Positions 1 through 13,672 of a stretch of DNA of 62,000 nucleotides are shown here, piece by piece. Source of the stretch: Wallemia ichthyophaga EXF-994. Taxonomy: Eukaryota > Fungi > Basidiomycota. The notes beneath the pieces are model-generated. The model searched no databases, was not told where the DNA came from, and worked only from the letters and a program-made list of their open reading frames with translations. Numbering within the stretch: the first letter of the stretch is position 1; every line of letters begins with the position of its first letter. A program made the position numbers and the translations under genes. The stretch spans positions 62,601 through 124,600 of the forward strand of contig NW_008806293.1 in the NCBI RefSeq assembly GCF_000400465.1. Direction: 5' to 3'.

Positions 1-45
1 AAGTCCCATTAGAGTAGAAAATCTATTTGTGTCAGAACGAGTCGC

Positions 46-1138
46 TTACTCTGGTTTTTTGGAGATAAATAACATCATCGGGGTGAAGAGTTTCTTTTGA
101 CCACCTTCGACGAGAGCATCAGCAGCGACCTTGAGTGATTCTCCAACTTCAAATGTACCCTTTGGTACAACGCCGAACCTCTCGAGTACCTTTATACCAT
201 TTTGAGTCACAAATTTACCAACGCTTGTCATTCTCCAGACTGTGAAAATATCCCACAAGTTTTGACATTTTCTGATATCTCCTTCTAATGGATAGTACCA
301 TGGTATAGGATCCGGTCTAGCTGCAAGGTCTTCCTCGTGGAGAATCTCGAACCCGACCTTTTTCAAAGCGTTACGGGCATTTTCAACGTTACGCATTTCT
401 GGTATACCATCGCCGACTTCAATTCCGTGAGCCACTCTCTTGTGCTCAGGGTTGCGTGGGTCCCATTCGTCGGTCATACACCATTCGCTGTGGAAAAATT
501 AGAATGGAGGAGGGTACTTGAAAGTGTACTTACTAGACACCAAAGATACCACCTGGCTTGAGGATCTTCTTAATTTCATTGTAAACACCCTCGAAGTTTG
601 GAGCGTGAACGGTAGCCTCGATAGCGTAGACAGCATCAAAAGAGTTTTCACCGAACTGTTCGGACAACTTCATGAAGTCACCCTTGACGAAATCAACTTT
701 ATCTTCAAGACCAGCTTTCTTTGTGTATTTTCTTGCTCTCGCGACTTGGAAAGCGTTGTTGTTCAGACCGACAATGTTGGCATCTGAGAAGGTAGCAATC
801 TCTCTGGCAGGGCCACCGACACCACAGCCGACATCCAAGACCTTCATGCCCTTCTTCAAACCGATGTTTGAGGACAAATAATGCTCATGTCTGGCCAAAG
901 CTTGATAGAAGCCCTCACCCTTGTAATATCTACAGAAGTGGAAGGAAGTGCCCCATCCGTACTCGTAGAGCTCAGTAGCGCCATCGTAGTAGCCGTTGAC
1001 GACATCTTTGTAGACGTCCAACCTGTTTTGACGATCGGTTTCTGAGTCGTTCGAAGAATCTTTTTGCCAGAAGTTGTTGTAATTCTCGATACCAGCGTTT
1101 GAGCGCTTTCCGTCGTCTTGCTTGTTGTAAGTTGACAT
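46..1138 (-). CDS. ERG6: Sterol 24-C-methyltransferase
   Basis: SAM motif [14 protein letters not shown] and [11 protein letters not shown]. Two exons joined by intron 488-533 (GTAAGT..CAG), restoring GVY/EW. ATG at 1138 (MSTYNKQ). Confidence 0.95.
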
Positions 1139-1218
1139 TTTACGTTGTGAGAGTTTGAGACCAAGACTCAACTAAATAATCAGCGCACTTGAGCTCGAAC
1201 TTCTAGGCGGGAAATTAA

Positions 1219-2062
<844 letters not shown>

Positions 2063-2103
2063 CTTATCTATAAAGTGGTGATTACATATATGTAAATTAT
2101 TCT

Positions 2104-2729
2104 TTAATCCTTTTTCTCCGTTTTGTCGGATGATTCAGTATTTTGGGCTTTGTCACTCGACTGGGCATCTTGATTAGCATTTTGATCTGTACCTGGTACA
2201 TCTTCCGTCTTCTCAGTTTCAATCCTACTACTCTGTTCAGCTTGTATTCTCTCAAAGGCCCTAACGACCTTTGATTGCAAGTAATGACTGTACGGCTGTG
2301 TATCTGGCTTGACTTTGTTTAAGTGACTTCTTCTTTGAGGTTTCTTTGGTTGGGCCTCTGCTTTCGGATCTACCTTAGGCTGAGGAGGGCTATTCATTTT
2401 GAATAGGTGATCATAGTTGTGTTGAATATCATCTAAACTAGCCTCTCGCTTGACATTCAAAATCAAATGAGCCTCATCAAGCGTCATCTTGAGCTGCTTT
2501 GTTGCGTGCTGAGATGGATTGGCTTGTGAAGCATTTTTATCATTTGACTGTTGAGAAGGTTCATTCAAATCAGGCTTGTGGGTTGCGTTAGAGACTGCTT
2601 GCCGACCCATTTCCATGAATGCCTTCCCGAAGGCTTTGCTAGCACCGAAAGTGACCTGGGCTATTAATTTCGGCAGATTAGACTAATAATTGGTCAGATT
2701 TCGTATAATACACAGATAGCACTCACCAT
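2104..2729 (-). CDS. PAM16: Mitochondrial import motor subunit Pam16/Tim16 (J-like domain)
   Basis: MSNLPKLIAQVTFGASKAFGKAFMEMGRQA..EAHLILNV..YDHLFKMN..SHYLQSKVVRAFERI. ATG-only exon 1 (2729-2727), intron 2726-2683 with GTGAGT donor, CTGAC branch and TAG acceptor. Confidence 0.88.
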
Positions 2730-4977
2730 GGATGCTTTGAAAATGGACGTTGAAGATCAAGTGATACGCAAGTTGGAGAAATCTGAATTATTGAGGGATT
2801 TAAATGTTTCTAAGGATTTCAATGATTTTAGTGAATACACCAGCAAATTAGGCGTTTTAAGCCTGTCAAATGTAGAGTTGAATCATCAATTCAATCAATT
2901 ACTATCAAACTATAATCAGCACGATAAGACTTATGATTTAAAAGCTGAATTGATTGAATTGAAGCAGCTGAAGGCTTATAATCATTGGCTATTAGATCTG
3001 ATTCAGTTGGGGAAACTACTCGATGACTTGGCTATTAATTTTGATATCAATAAATACAATTCTATCAGATTGATGGAGCTTGAGCTTCTGAGAAAGTACA
3101 ATAACCATGAATATATTTCAAAACTCAAGCAAAACACGTTCAATAAGATCAAAGATGACTTGATTTCAAGCTTGGTTAATGATCTTACTCGATTAGGATA
3201 CCCAAATGATGAAATCAGACCCCTAAACCTTGAAAATTACCCTTCATTTACTCTCAACCTTAGTAGATTGAATGAATTTGATATAGAGACGTGCAAAATT
3301 GATGATACTGATTACAGATGCCTTGTCGTTCAAGCCTTTGTTGAACCTATCAGAATTAGATTCGCTTACCACTTTGAAAGTAACTTATACACCAGCAAGC
3401 TCAATAAACCTGAATATTATCTCAATTATATCACTGACAACATCATCAAACATAGGAGATTTCTTTCTTCCGAAATACAGCACCTCACCCCGCATGATAA
3501 CACCCTGAATAGCTACGTCGATCAGCTTATTCAACTAACTAAGGGCAAGTTTGTCAGATCTATACCTTCTATGCTCGGTGTTCCGAATATACTCACTCAC
3601 ACTATCCATCAATGTCTGAAATTTGATCAATTCCTTCTCTCGCATGAGCTATCCACAAATGCTGTTATCTCTAATGCCTTTTTGAATAATGGCGATTGGT
3701 TCAACAGCTGGTTGGATTCTGAAACCAGGCTCGCGAACGACACGTTCCAATCCATTATCAGTTCAACGAATGCCTGGTCATTTATTCAGCAGACGTCTTG
3801 CAGTGATAATGAAGATGACTTCTCTCTAGATACGAAATCTTCTATCAACTGCACTGTTTCAGCTCAGAAAACTTTGGATCTGATTGAGGCAATCACGGGT
3901 GAGTATTTCCTAAGCAACATAACATCTTCTGAACAAAGTCTAGATAGGTACAGACCACTTCCATCGCTCCAACAGCGCGCCAATTTCTTAATTAAAGTGC
4001 AGCTTCCGTTGATAGAAAAATACGGTAACAAATTGACAATGTCTCTGGACGCATTTGAGTCTTATTCATCTACATTCATAGCAGCAATGTCAAGTGTACC
4101 GGGCTCGTTTGGAGAGAAGCATAAATCTAATCAGGAAGATTCACTAGGATCGTCCACCCTCACTAAACTTATCAAAATCATATTAAATGCGCAATATTTT
4201 AGTCAAGTAATATCTGACTTGGGTGAAGATATCTTTTTTTTGGAACTGTGGGATCATTTCACAGCCTCCTCACCAACTGACAACGGTACATTTGAGAAGA
4301 CCATTTTTTCAGAACTCGCGAGCATGTTTAATACTCTATCCCAACGCGCCCAAACCATTTTGATTGGCCATACAGCTTCATCAGTAATGCTTTCGTTCGA
4401 CGACTATCTTAAATCGAGACTGTGGAATCTAGACATACAACCTGAAAAAGACGAATATAGTCAGGAGCTGTCAAAATCTTACAGTATCTTGAAGCATCAC
4501 TTAGTTGTGATACATGAAGAGCTATCTTACAGTTACAGAATTGTAACAAAGGTGCTGATCAAAGAGATATCAAATACGGTGATGCAGTCGATTCGACGGA
4601 GTATATTTGAGCTGCGTCAACAATTTTCTCATCCCTCCAGCCAACAATTCTTAAATGACGTTATCAACTTTACCAAACTAAACACACCCCATTCAGACAT
4701 AACATTCAACTCGTTTATACCATTGATAGATCGCCTCATTCTACTCAGTCTACCTTCCAAACAAACAGATGAGAACTTGAAGGAGAGAACGCTGTCGAAA
4801 GCGATGCAATACGCATGGGAGGATGATTCAACACATTACAACAGATGGTGCCGTCAATTACATCTCAATGATCTGGCTATGGTGGGGTGTGCCGGTAATT
4901 TCGAGGACAGACGGTTTACAGTCGATCACGTCGAAGCTCAACGTATTCTCAGAATGAGAGTAGAGTGCTGGAGGTGA
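2728..4977 (+). CDS. TIP20: RINT-1/Tip20 family ER tethering subunit (Dsl1/NRZ complex)
   Basis: PIRIRFAYHFESNLYTSKLNKPEYYL resembles the RINT1/TIP20 signature; long helical protein. Probable in-frame 45-nt intron at 3899-3943 (IT|DRY). The start may be the Met at 2743. Confidence 0.8.
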   Translation: MDALKMDVEDQVIRKLEKSELLRDLNVSKDFNDFSEYTSKLGVLSLSNVELNHQFNQLLSNYNQHDKTYDLKAELIELKQLKAYNHWLLDLIQLGKLLDDLAINFDINKYNSIRLMELELLRKYNNHEYISKLKQNTFNKIKDDLISSLVNDLTRLGYPNDEIRPLNLENYPSFTLNLSRLNEFDIETCKIDDTDYRCLVVQAFVEPIRIRFAYHFESNLYTSKLNKPEYYLNYITDNIIKHRRFLSSEIQHLTPHDNTLNSYVDQLIQLTKGKFVRSIPSMLGVPNILTHTIHQCLKFDQFLLSHELSTNAVISNAFLNNGDWFNSWLDSETRLANDTFQSIISSTNAWSFIQQTSCSDNEDDFSLDTKSSINCTVSAQKTLDLIEAITGEYFLSNITSSEQSLDRYRPLPSLQQRANFLIKVQLPLIEKYGNKLTMSLDAFESYSSTFIAAMSSVPGSFGEKHKSNQEDSLGSSTLTKLIKIILNAQYFSQVISDLGEDIFFLELWDHFTASSPTDNGTFEKTIFSELASMFNTLSQRAQTILIGHTASSVMLSFDDYLKSRLWNLDIQPEKDEYSQELSKSYSILKHHLVVIHEELSYSYRIVTKVLIKEISNTVMQSIRRSIFELRQQFSHPSSQQFLNDVINFTKLNTPHSDITFNSFIPLIDRLILLSLPSKQTDENLKERTLSKAMQYAWEDDSTHYNRWCRQLHLNDLAMVGCAGNFEDRRFTVDHVEAQRILRMRVECWR

Positions 4978-5036
4978 TTACATAGTACACATAGAATCAC
5001 TTAGAATTTAAACCTATTTTCTCTGATAATTAAATT

Positions 5037-8000
5037 ATGCATTATACACTGCCAAATCTACATGCTGTGCCTTCTCAATCTCTGACCATTACCACCGAGA
5101 TGTCCGCGGAAGAACTAAAGGGAATATTCCCACTCACAAAGCCATTGCCTTTACCGTCTAATAATACACCTCTTTCTAAAATCGTTGATCTCCAATTCGA
5201 AGAAGAGTTATCGAAAAATCCCACCAATCTGCGTGTCTGGTTCAGCTACATCGACGTCGTGAACTCCAAGCTTGAATTATTGACCCCAATTGAAGAGGAT
5301 GACAGTATATCCACGTCTACCAAGGAGTTACTGGGACCGCTCGCAACGCCAGATAGACGCACCATTTATCAGACTCTTACAAGTATTTACGAGAGAGCTC
5401 TCGGCGTATTTCCATTTAATTATCGGCTGTGGTATGCCTACCTGCTCATGAGGTTGTCATTTTTAACTGAAAACATCACCCACGACGATATCAACCAGCT
5501 GAGGAACAACAGAAGACGCTTAGTAAGAGGGCAGCCGTTGATCGATTTGGAGAAAGGTGACGAGAGGATCCCTTGGAAGGAGGTGTCTGAGGCTAACTAC
5601 TTGGATGGATTGATCGGCGAGTCTGAGTGGAAGGCCACTGCTGCCGTTTTTGAAAGATGCCTATCATGGCTACAGAGCGTGGGTGTGTATCGAAATCTAA
5701 TTCCTCTGTAACATATCCAAACAGATGCCACGTATATGGTTGTTGTATTTATCACTACTCAGCAATCCGGCCTGCCCACCCCGTTTAGGGCGCACACATG
5801 CTAGGCGTACGTTCGATAGAGCGCTGCGCACCCTTCCCCCTTCGCTACATATGCGTATTTGGCCAGCCTATCTCAATTGGGCCAAGTCGATGGGTGGACA
5901 TTGTCTGACCATCATTTGGAGAAGGTATTTGGCAGTTGATCCATACCCAATCGAGACCTACATTCAACTTTTACTAAATGGCGAGAAGCCTTCGAGTAGG
6001 GCCCTCGAGGCTTGTAAGCTTCTGCTCAAACTTTCAAGATTGTCAAGAGAGAATCACTATGTGTCTCCTCAAGGTAAAAGTCCCTACATGTTACTTAATG
6101 ATTGGTTGGAGGTTTGCTCCGAGTACGCTGACATTGTCGGCGTTGATGTCGAAAAGGCGACTGCGTTGAAACCGGTACAAGTCGGGGGACGACACAATGA
6201 AATGGATAAAATTACAGAAAGCATTTCAAAACAACCCGAAGACGAGAAGCCGGCTGGTATTGATTCAAATGTTGATGCTGATATTGACCCTTCAAATGAT
6301 CAGAAATTAGATGTTGATTATTTGGTACGCAAAGATGGTTTGTCAATATACAAAGACCAAGCTGGTAGATTGTGGACTGGATTGGCCACATACTGGATCC
6401 GTCGTGGAGAGTTCGAAAAAGCTCGTCAAGTGTTCGAAACGGCGATTAAGTCAGTGGTCACAGTCAGAGATTTCACGCAAGTGTTTGATGCTTATGCGGA
6501 GTTCAATGAGCAATTAGTAACATCTTTAATGGACGCCTTAGCAGATATAGATGATGATGAAAAAAATGATCTGGAGGAAGACCTGGATAGTAATATGCAA
6601 TCATTCGAGCATTTAATGGACAGGCGACCAATTTTAGTAAACGATGTAATGTTACGTCGTAATCCGAACGATGTCAACGAGTGGCAGAAGCGCATTGCAT
6701 TGTTCGACAATGACGACGAAAAGATTGTTAATACATACACAGATGCTATACTCACCATAAAACCCAAACAAGCAGTCGGATTTGGAGATCTTTATGCAAA
6801 CTTCGCAAAGTATTACGAATCCAAAGGAGATATAGGTAGTTCCCGTCAAATCTTTGAAAAGGCAATTGATGTAAATTACCGCCGTATCGACGAGCTCGCA
6901 GAAATCTGGATTCAATGGTCAGAGATGGAATTGCGACATGATAACTTTAACGAAGCGGTGAAGGTGATGGAAAGAGCAACGACTACACCAAAAAACACAA
7001 AGGTGGACTATTATGATGAGAGTTTGTCTCCACAGAGGCGATTATTCAAATCGTTGAAAATGTGGTCATTCTATGTCGATATTATGGAGAGTATTGGAAG
7101 TGTTGAATCTACCAAAGCAGTTTATGATAAGATTTTGGATCTAAAAATAGCCAATGCACAGATAATCATCAACTATGCTTTGTTTTTGGAGGAAAACGAT
7201 TACTTCGATGACAGTTTCAAGGTCTATGAACGCGGTGTGGACGCATTCACTTACCCTGTCGCATTTGAGCTTTGGAACGTATACTTGTCAAAGTTCTTGA
7301 AGCGTTATGTAAGTGAATGGACAAATTATATAGTATACTAACAAGATTAAAAGGGAGGATCTAAGCTGGAACTGGCGCGTGACTTGTTCGAACAAGCTGT
7401 TGAGGGAATACCAAGCAAATTCGCCAAACCAATATTTCTGATGTTTGGTAAATTAGAAGAGGAATATGGACTTGCAAGGAGAGCCATTAGAGTTTATGAA
7501 CGTGCTACACAAGCGGTCTCGGATAAAGACAAGTTTGAGGTGCGCAATTACACTAGATGACAATAATATTCTAACAGCAGTTGCGCAGATGTACAAGATA
7601 TTGATTGCAAAAGTAGCTATGAATTTTGGTCTCGCAGCTACGCGACCTGTCTACGAAAAGAGTTTAGAAGAGTTACCGGATAAGTCTGCGATAGTAATGG
7701 GCTTACGCTTCGCAAATCTTGAAAGGAAGCTCGGAGAGATTGACAGAGCGAGATCAATTTACGCGCATACTTCGCAGTTTTGTGATACAAGAATTCAAAA
7801 GGAGTTCTGGAATGAGTGGAACCAATTCGAAATTGATCACGGTAGCGAGGATACATTCAGAGAGTTCTTACGTATTCGTAGATCGGTACAGGCGTCATTT
7901 AACACAGAGGCACATTATTTGGCAGCGCAATCGCTGCACAACAACGCGAGCAAGTCGGGCGAAGATGGTGGGGAAGAAGAGGCGACTGCTATTAATGACC

Positions 8001-8152
8001 CAATGGCAAACGTTGAGAGAAATATACCAGGATTCGTCAAAGGGAAAACACAGGAGAAGGACGGTACAGGCGAGGAAGGGGATAGTGAAGGAGTTGAGGG
8101 AGGAGGAACTAATAATGAAGATGAGATAGCAATCGATGAAGAGGATATGTAG
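5037..8152 (+). CDS. SYF1: Pre-mRNA splicing factor Syf1 (HAT-repeat NTC protein)
   Basis: HAT repeats; MPRIWLLYL, VLLRRNPNDVNEWQKR-like segment, LKMWSFYVDIMESIG, YERGVDAFTYPVAFELWNVYL, ERKLGEIDRARSIY, HGSEDTFREFLRIRRSV. Three introns. The true start may be 5100. Confidence 0.95.
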
Positions 8153-8491
8153 AAGTACAATGGCATTATAAATAATAAAAATTTTCAAGAGTATTTAAAT
8201 TTCACTATACCACGTTCTCTCCTGGGAAAGAACTACGATGATAAAAAGATTTCAGCTGTCTGGGTTTAGTTGAATAAAACAAATTCAGTCATCTAAAATG
8301 TTTAAGAATCTCTTAAATTACAACATGATGAGATAAACAAGCATAATTAGAGTCAAGCCTTGAGCCAATTTCTTCCCCTGTGTGGGTGAAATAGGCATGA
8401 AAGTAGTGCGTCCGCTTAATGGACTCTGAAGATTGTAATTTGAAGAGATTCTTTTTGTAAAATAAGCTTGAAATTTGATAGTAACACCCTT

Positions 8492-9596
8492 ATGCCTTTA
8501 CTTTCACCAATTCACATAGCTGCTTTTACTTCTGGTGCTGTTCTAGGTGCAGGAAGTGCTTATTATTACGGTAGCAAAAGTGTTGAAGGCGTTAAATTGA
8601 GCGCGTCTCCACCTACGCCTGTACCTGCGACAAATACTGCTTCGATTCCTACACAAGCTCCAACACCGGTTAACTCAATCCACAATCCTCAAGATGTTAT
8701 TAAAATGGGATTCCCAGGTTGTTCGACGTTGTATGCTTGAAATATTACTTATCTTTGCCTTATAGGCCCTATATCAGACCTTATGCGTCGAGAGGCGTAC
8801 ATTACTTCATATGATAGAACAAAGAGACATCCAGCATGGGTGAGTTTTATTACAGCAGATAATACCCATCAATCTTACTTGCCTTTCTCAATAGACAGCA
8901 CAACATTTGACCGCAGAATCACTTCAAAGAGACAAGTCAGCACCAGCTTCAGATAGAAAGAACAGTCAATTCAAAGAAGACAATGCAATTCCAGACAAGT
9001 TTAGAGCGAGATTGTCAACCTACTTCAGAAGTGGCTATGACAGAGGTCACTTGGTTCCAGCTGCAGACGCTAAATCAGGCCAAAATGCAATGGATCAGAC
9101 ATTTTATCTTACAAACATTGCACCACAAGTTGGTCCAGGTTTTAATAGAGAGTATTGGGCGTATTTCGAGACATTTTGTCGAAATCTCACCAAAGATTTC
9201 AGACACGTCTATGTGTTTACACTGCCACTTTACCTACCAACGAAAGAAATAGATGGAAAATGGAGAGTTAAGTATGAGGTTCTAGGTGATCCATTCAGTG
9301 ATACACCTACTATCAGTGTACCAACACATTTCGGTAAAGTGGTTATGGGAAGTAAGGACGAAGGACACAGGGATTTGTCACTTGCAGCTTTCGTGCTTCC
9401 TAACCAGGCTATTCCAGAACAAGTACCACTTCCTACGTTCTTACAGAGCATTGAAAAAGTCGAGAGAGATGCCGGTTTGATGCTTTTTAACGACAACGTC
9501 AAGTCTACAGCTAAAGAATTGTGCAAGCAAGTGAGATGTGAGGCTGTTGTGCGTAAATTTGATCAATTCGGTAAGCAGATTGGCAGTAAAAATTAG
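8492..9596 (+). CDS. NUC1: Mitochondrial DNA/RNA non-specific endonuclease (EndoG)
   Basis: SGYDRGHLVPAAD catalytic motif, TFYLTNIAPQVGPGFNREYW and VPTHFGKV. Two introns near 8719 and 8841. Confidence 0.93.
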
Positions 9597-9641
9597 ATAG
9601 AGAAGGAAGCAAAAGTACAAGAGTGCGCGTAGATAAATAAA

Positions 9642-10278
9642 TTATTCATTCGATAGTGTATCATGGAGTTGCTGAGGTGGTTGAGATTCATGTTGTGTGA
9701 TGTCTTGTTCAGCCTTGACATTAGGAGGATCTTGTTGCTCGGCAGGTGTAGGAAGTTGATGCTCAGATTGTTGCTGATCGGTTGATGTAGAATCTTCTTG
9801 CTTTGCTGGTAAAGAATCTTCTTGGATAGCCTGCGCAGATTCATCTTTAACAGAATCCTCTTTATCTTCATTTGTCTTAGACTTGCGACCTCTACGTTTC
9901 TTTGTTGCAGTGTCTTCCGAGGGAGCAGGTATTTTATCAGCGATTTCAGTCAAGAAGTCAAATTGTTCAGTATTTGAAATTGTCTGTTTGAGATGTTGTG
10001 CCGTCATTTTCTTAGCGCCCTTCTCCTGAGTTATTTTGATAGTCTCATCGACGAGAGCTTGCATAAATAATTCCAAAGCTTTAGCTGAAAATTGACAAAT
10101 AAGCCAAGTGAATATTCGATAAAGCTGAATACTAACAAATAAGTACAGGCGTTGCTTGTGCAACTTTACCAACTTCATCGTCCATTTGCATAATTTTCTT
10201 TATGCGAGCGACGGGAAATTTTGTATTCTTTTGCTTTTTGATAGCGGCATGAGATTGCTTTTGAGGTTGATCAGACAT
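9642..10278 (-). CDS. BUR6: Negative cofactor 2 alpha (Bur6/DRAP1), histone fold
   Basis: [44 protein letters not shown]. Intron 10085-10136. Confidence 0.9.
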
Positions 10279-10362
10279 TGGTGGTTGGTGTGGGTGCTGG
10301 TTGGTGTTGGTGGTTAGGTTGACAGCCAACAATCATCTAGAAGGGAGAAGCTAAATATTTAA

Positions 10363-10928
10363 ATGACATTTATTGATTCAAAGAGGAGGAAATTCAATGT
10401 GACTGGTGAGTTATACAGTGGAGTTGCTTAGTCGTTATATTGATATATTTACGGGATAGATCAACAATTACGAATTAAAAAAGTTATCAAGAGACAACAA
10501 CAACAACAACAACAACAACAGCACCAACAATCATTCAATCAAAATCTCATTGGATTACAGAATTGCGTTGTTTGTAGACGCAACTTCAATTTCAAGTTAA
10601 GCTCGATATCGGGTAATATCTGTGCAATGTGAGCAGGACTTAGATTATTCATTTAAATACCTTCTAATCCACTCACAGATGCAATTCACCTGCATGTTTG
10701 ATCTGCTCCCGTAATTGTAATGGCATCTTCAACTCAAACTCAAAGTGTGAGCAATCAACGCGTAAAAGATCGATCAATGAAGATACCATGAAGCTAGTCA
10801 TTCAAGGATGCTCAAGAGTTCTATGCAAGAATTGTATTATTGAAGAGTCAGTTTGTTTACTCATTATCTACCCACTAACACTACTCAGTCACCAAAATCA
10901 AATTTGTTTAGATTGTTACAAACAATAG
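10363..10928 (+). CDS. Small Cys-rich protein with Siva-like zinc-finger spacing and a polyQ tract
   Basis: Four exons read by eye (introns near 10406-10459, 10630-10679, 10848-10889) give CVVC..CAICNSPACLICSRNC..GCSRVLCKNC..CLDCYKQ*. Confidence 0.65.
10495..10518 (+). repeat. (CAA)8 microsatellite encoding polyglutamine
   Basis: Direct reading; lies in exon 2 of the Cys-rich gene. Confidence 0.9.
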
Positions 10929-11036
10929 CATTTTACTTTTAGTCATTGATATGTATTTCTATTAAATAAAATTTGCATCTTCTATGCCAGTTTTTGGTCT
11001 CCCTGTTGGTGTCTTCTCGGTTGAAATAAATTAAGC

Positions 11037-12318
11037 ATGACTTTTAATGAGAATGTCGTGACGTATGAATCTGATAGTCCATCAACATCTACAAATTCAA
11101 CAAAGTCATCTACAAACTACTCAAATCTCATTCCAATTGATTGCTTACCTTTTCAACGAATCGCAAACGTCATTGAACCAACATGCTTAGACGAGAATAA
11201 TGAACCTTATTTATGTATGTTTTATGTCTTTTATACACTTTCTCTCACTCATTATCACTCAAGTTAACGCTTGGATTGTTAACCTCACTTCTCCAGTTCA
11301 AACCCGTGACCTTATTAGATTTTCAACTCATCACAGGCTTGAGGATAAAAAGTGTGAACGAACGAAGCATCTCCGTAGAATTAGAAAGGCTTTTCCTTAC
11401 GAGAATGTCGACTGTGGCCCACACACAGCCACTTCAAACCTCCCTGGCCTTGATTACTGCATCAGTGTACTTCTCGCTGAAGCCACTCCTGACTTGACCA
11501 AGGATAAAGTTAAGCAGCTCCTCTCACGAACCAGCGCACAAGTCACAGATCTAGACCCATACATACTTAAAGTTCCTTCGAGGAGGGCGACTACTGGTGA
11601 GGAGTACAATGCGTGTCAGAAATACTGGCCTGTTTCTTTTACCCCAAAAGCTCAATTCGTTAATGGTTTCACCTACGATTATTGGGATGTTCGCAAATTA
11701 GACTGGGTAATGAACGGTTTAGATAAAGCGAAATCATTGGCCTATGAAGCAAAGTCTCGTGGTGAACTTCCAATTGCCGCTCACGTCTCTTCTCCACCTA
11801 TAGAGATACCTGTGCCGCCAGGATATCCACCCCCGACGCCTAACATGACCGCTTTGGGTTACGATACAAGATGTAGCAGTGGGAATCCCTTGAACCATGC
11901 TATCTTTAATTGTGTGCGCAAAGTTGGTGAACTGCGCTACAAGGCGGATGCCGAAACGACGACAATCAACGGAAATGACAATGAGAAGCGCAGCAGTTCT
12001 ACGCAACCAAATACCACTGCCAACAATACACCCACCTTGTCAGGGTTAAACGCTTGTCAAAATGGCGCTGAATATCTATGTACCTCCCTCACACTCTTCT
12101 CCACTCATGAACCGTGCATGATGTGCGCCATGGCTTTGGTACATTCAAGAGTTAGGGATATTTACTTTCTCAAAAAGTCTACGTCGTCAGGTGGCTGCGG
12201 ATCTGTGTACGGTGTACACGAAATGCAAAACCTCAATCATCACTTTGAAGCCTGGTGTTTGAATAGTGAGCATCCTTTAAGTAACGGACTGGATTTAGAT
12301 GACCATATTAGCCCGTGA
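11037..12318 (+). CDS. TAD3: tRNA adenosine-34 deaminase non-catalytic subunit Tad3/ADAT3
   Basis: QKYWPVSF, NHAIFNCV (catalytic Glu absent, as expected for Tad3), HEPCMMCAMALVHSR and LNHHF. Intron 11215-11263. Confidence 0.88.
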
Positions 12319-12512
12319 AGTATGGCTCATTGGTTACTAATTAACCCCCTGATATATGTAATTGTCTGTACTTTTATTTCGACTTTCTTGTTTCTGTCGC
12401 ATACATTAAACACTTTGCATTGGTAGACTTGATTCATTTTATCTGATAGTTTAAATTGAAACTGATACACATACATTTATATACAAAAATTATACCCATG
12501 AATCAATGCTTT

Positions 12513-13639
12513 CTACTGATATCCGTCTGAGTACATTCCCGGCCTATATACAAATCCTGGCTCAGGCATCTGAGGATGGCTGAAAGGATCCTTGTGGTTT
12601 TCCTCCATCGACACTCTATCGTAAGGATTACCTGGTTCAGGTTCGAATGGATTGATAGTTTGACCGCTCGTCAGAGGTTCTGAGCTGTCATCGTATGGTC
12701 TCGATGTATTTGGTTGATACGTTTCCTTTGAGTAGCCGTAGCCTCCTGCTGCAGCTTCCTCATCCATATCTGGAGCTGTAAATGGTGGATCTCTTACGCC
12801 ACTCTTTCTGCCTTTTTTGATCAGAGTCTTGCTATTAAGCATGATTTCTGCGATTGATCCCATCCAACTAAAGAATACAATCCAGAATAGAATAGCTGCA
12901 GCCTTCTTCGTACCACAGAAGGTCGACAAGGCGTTCTTGAAATCATCACCTTTGCCTTCATGAGGATCGTCATCTGGATTCTCACATCCTGGTGTGGTGA
13001 AGGCAGATCCTGTGGTTATGGCTGCAAGTAGTAGGGAGATTAAGACACCAGCGCCGTTCAAAACCCATGCAGATCTGCGCTCTTTGAGAAATAGGTCTGC
13101 ATTCTAAGGAAATAACGCGTCAATTACGCGTCTTCGAAGGATAAAGAAAAGTCTACTCACCTTGAGCATATTCCTCTTCACGTAAAGCATTGGTATCGTG
13201 AATAAAACAGTCGACATTATCAGCAAAAGTAAGCTGACTGCTAAAGACAATCTATTGATCTGTGTAAGGATACTTTCTGTTGTTATTGCATATCACGCAC
13301 CCAGATAATCCAGAAGGACCAACTTCCCATTTAGCTTGAAATCCGGCAGTAGCAGCCCACATGATCAAACAGAGCAGACTGCTACCCATCTGGCAGCTTC
13401 TAATAATAATAGTAATCACCGACATTTTGGTATCCTTGAAAGGAAGTTTGTTAGATCAAGTTGAGTTTGGGCGTTGCAATTGAACTCACGCTAATTGACG
13501 CAATTGGAATTTCATGATATGTGTCTTCTTTGTTAGATCCACCAGTCATGAGAATATCGTGGGGATTTGATTCTTGCTTGTCAAGCTTAGGTGTTGGCGT
13601 GAAAAGGTGCTTTAGTCTTAGAGTGTATCCTTCGAGCAT
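12513..13639 (-). CDS. Four-TM MARVEL-like membrane protein
   Basis: Spliced hydrophobic helices IIIRSCQMGSSLLCLIMWAA, GPSGLSGLSLAVSLLLL, GAGVLISLLLAAITT and FCGTKKAAAILFWIVFF, with a Cys-containing loop (PGCENPDDDPH). Three introns. Confidence 0.7.
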
Positions 13640-13672
13640 TCTGAGTTGGAAAGTGTTTAGATTCTAAATTAA

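Noticed and set aside
3899-3943. Apparent excess of stop-free 3n introns (TIP20, Siva-like, LSM2, SRP101, CENP-I, LIG4)
   Set aside because: With introns of about 16 codons, such cases are expected by chance among dozens of introns. A genome-wide count would be needed.
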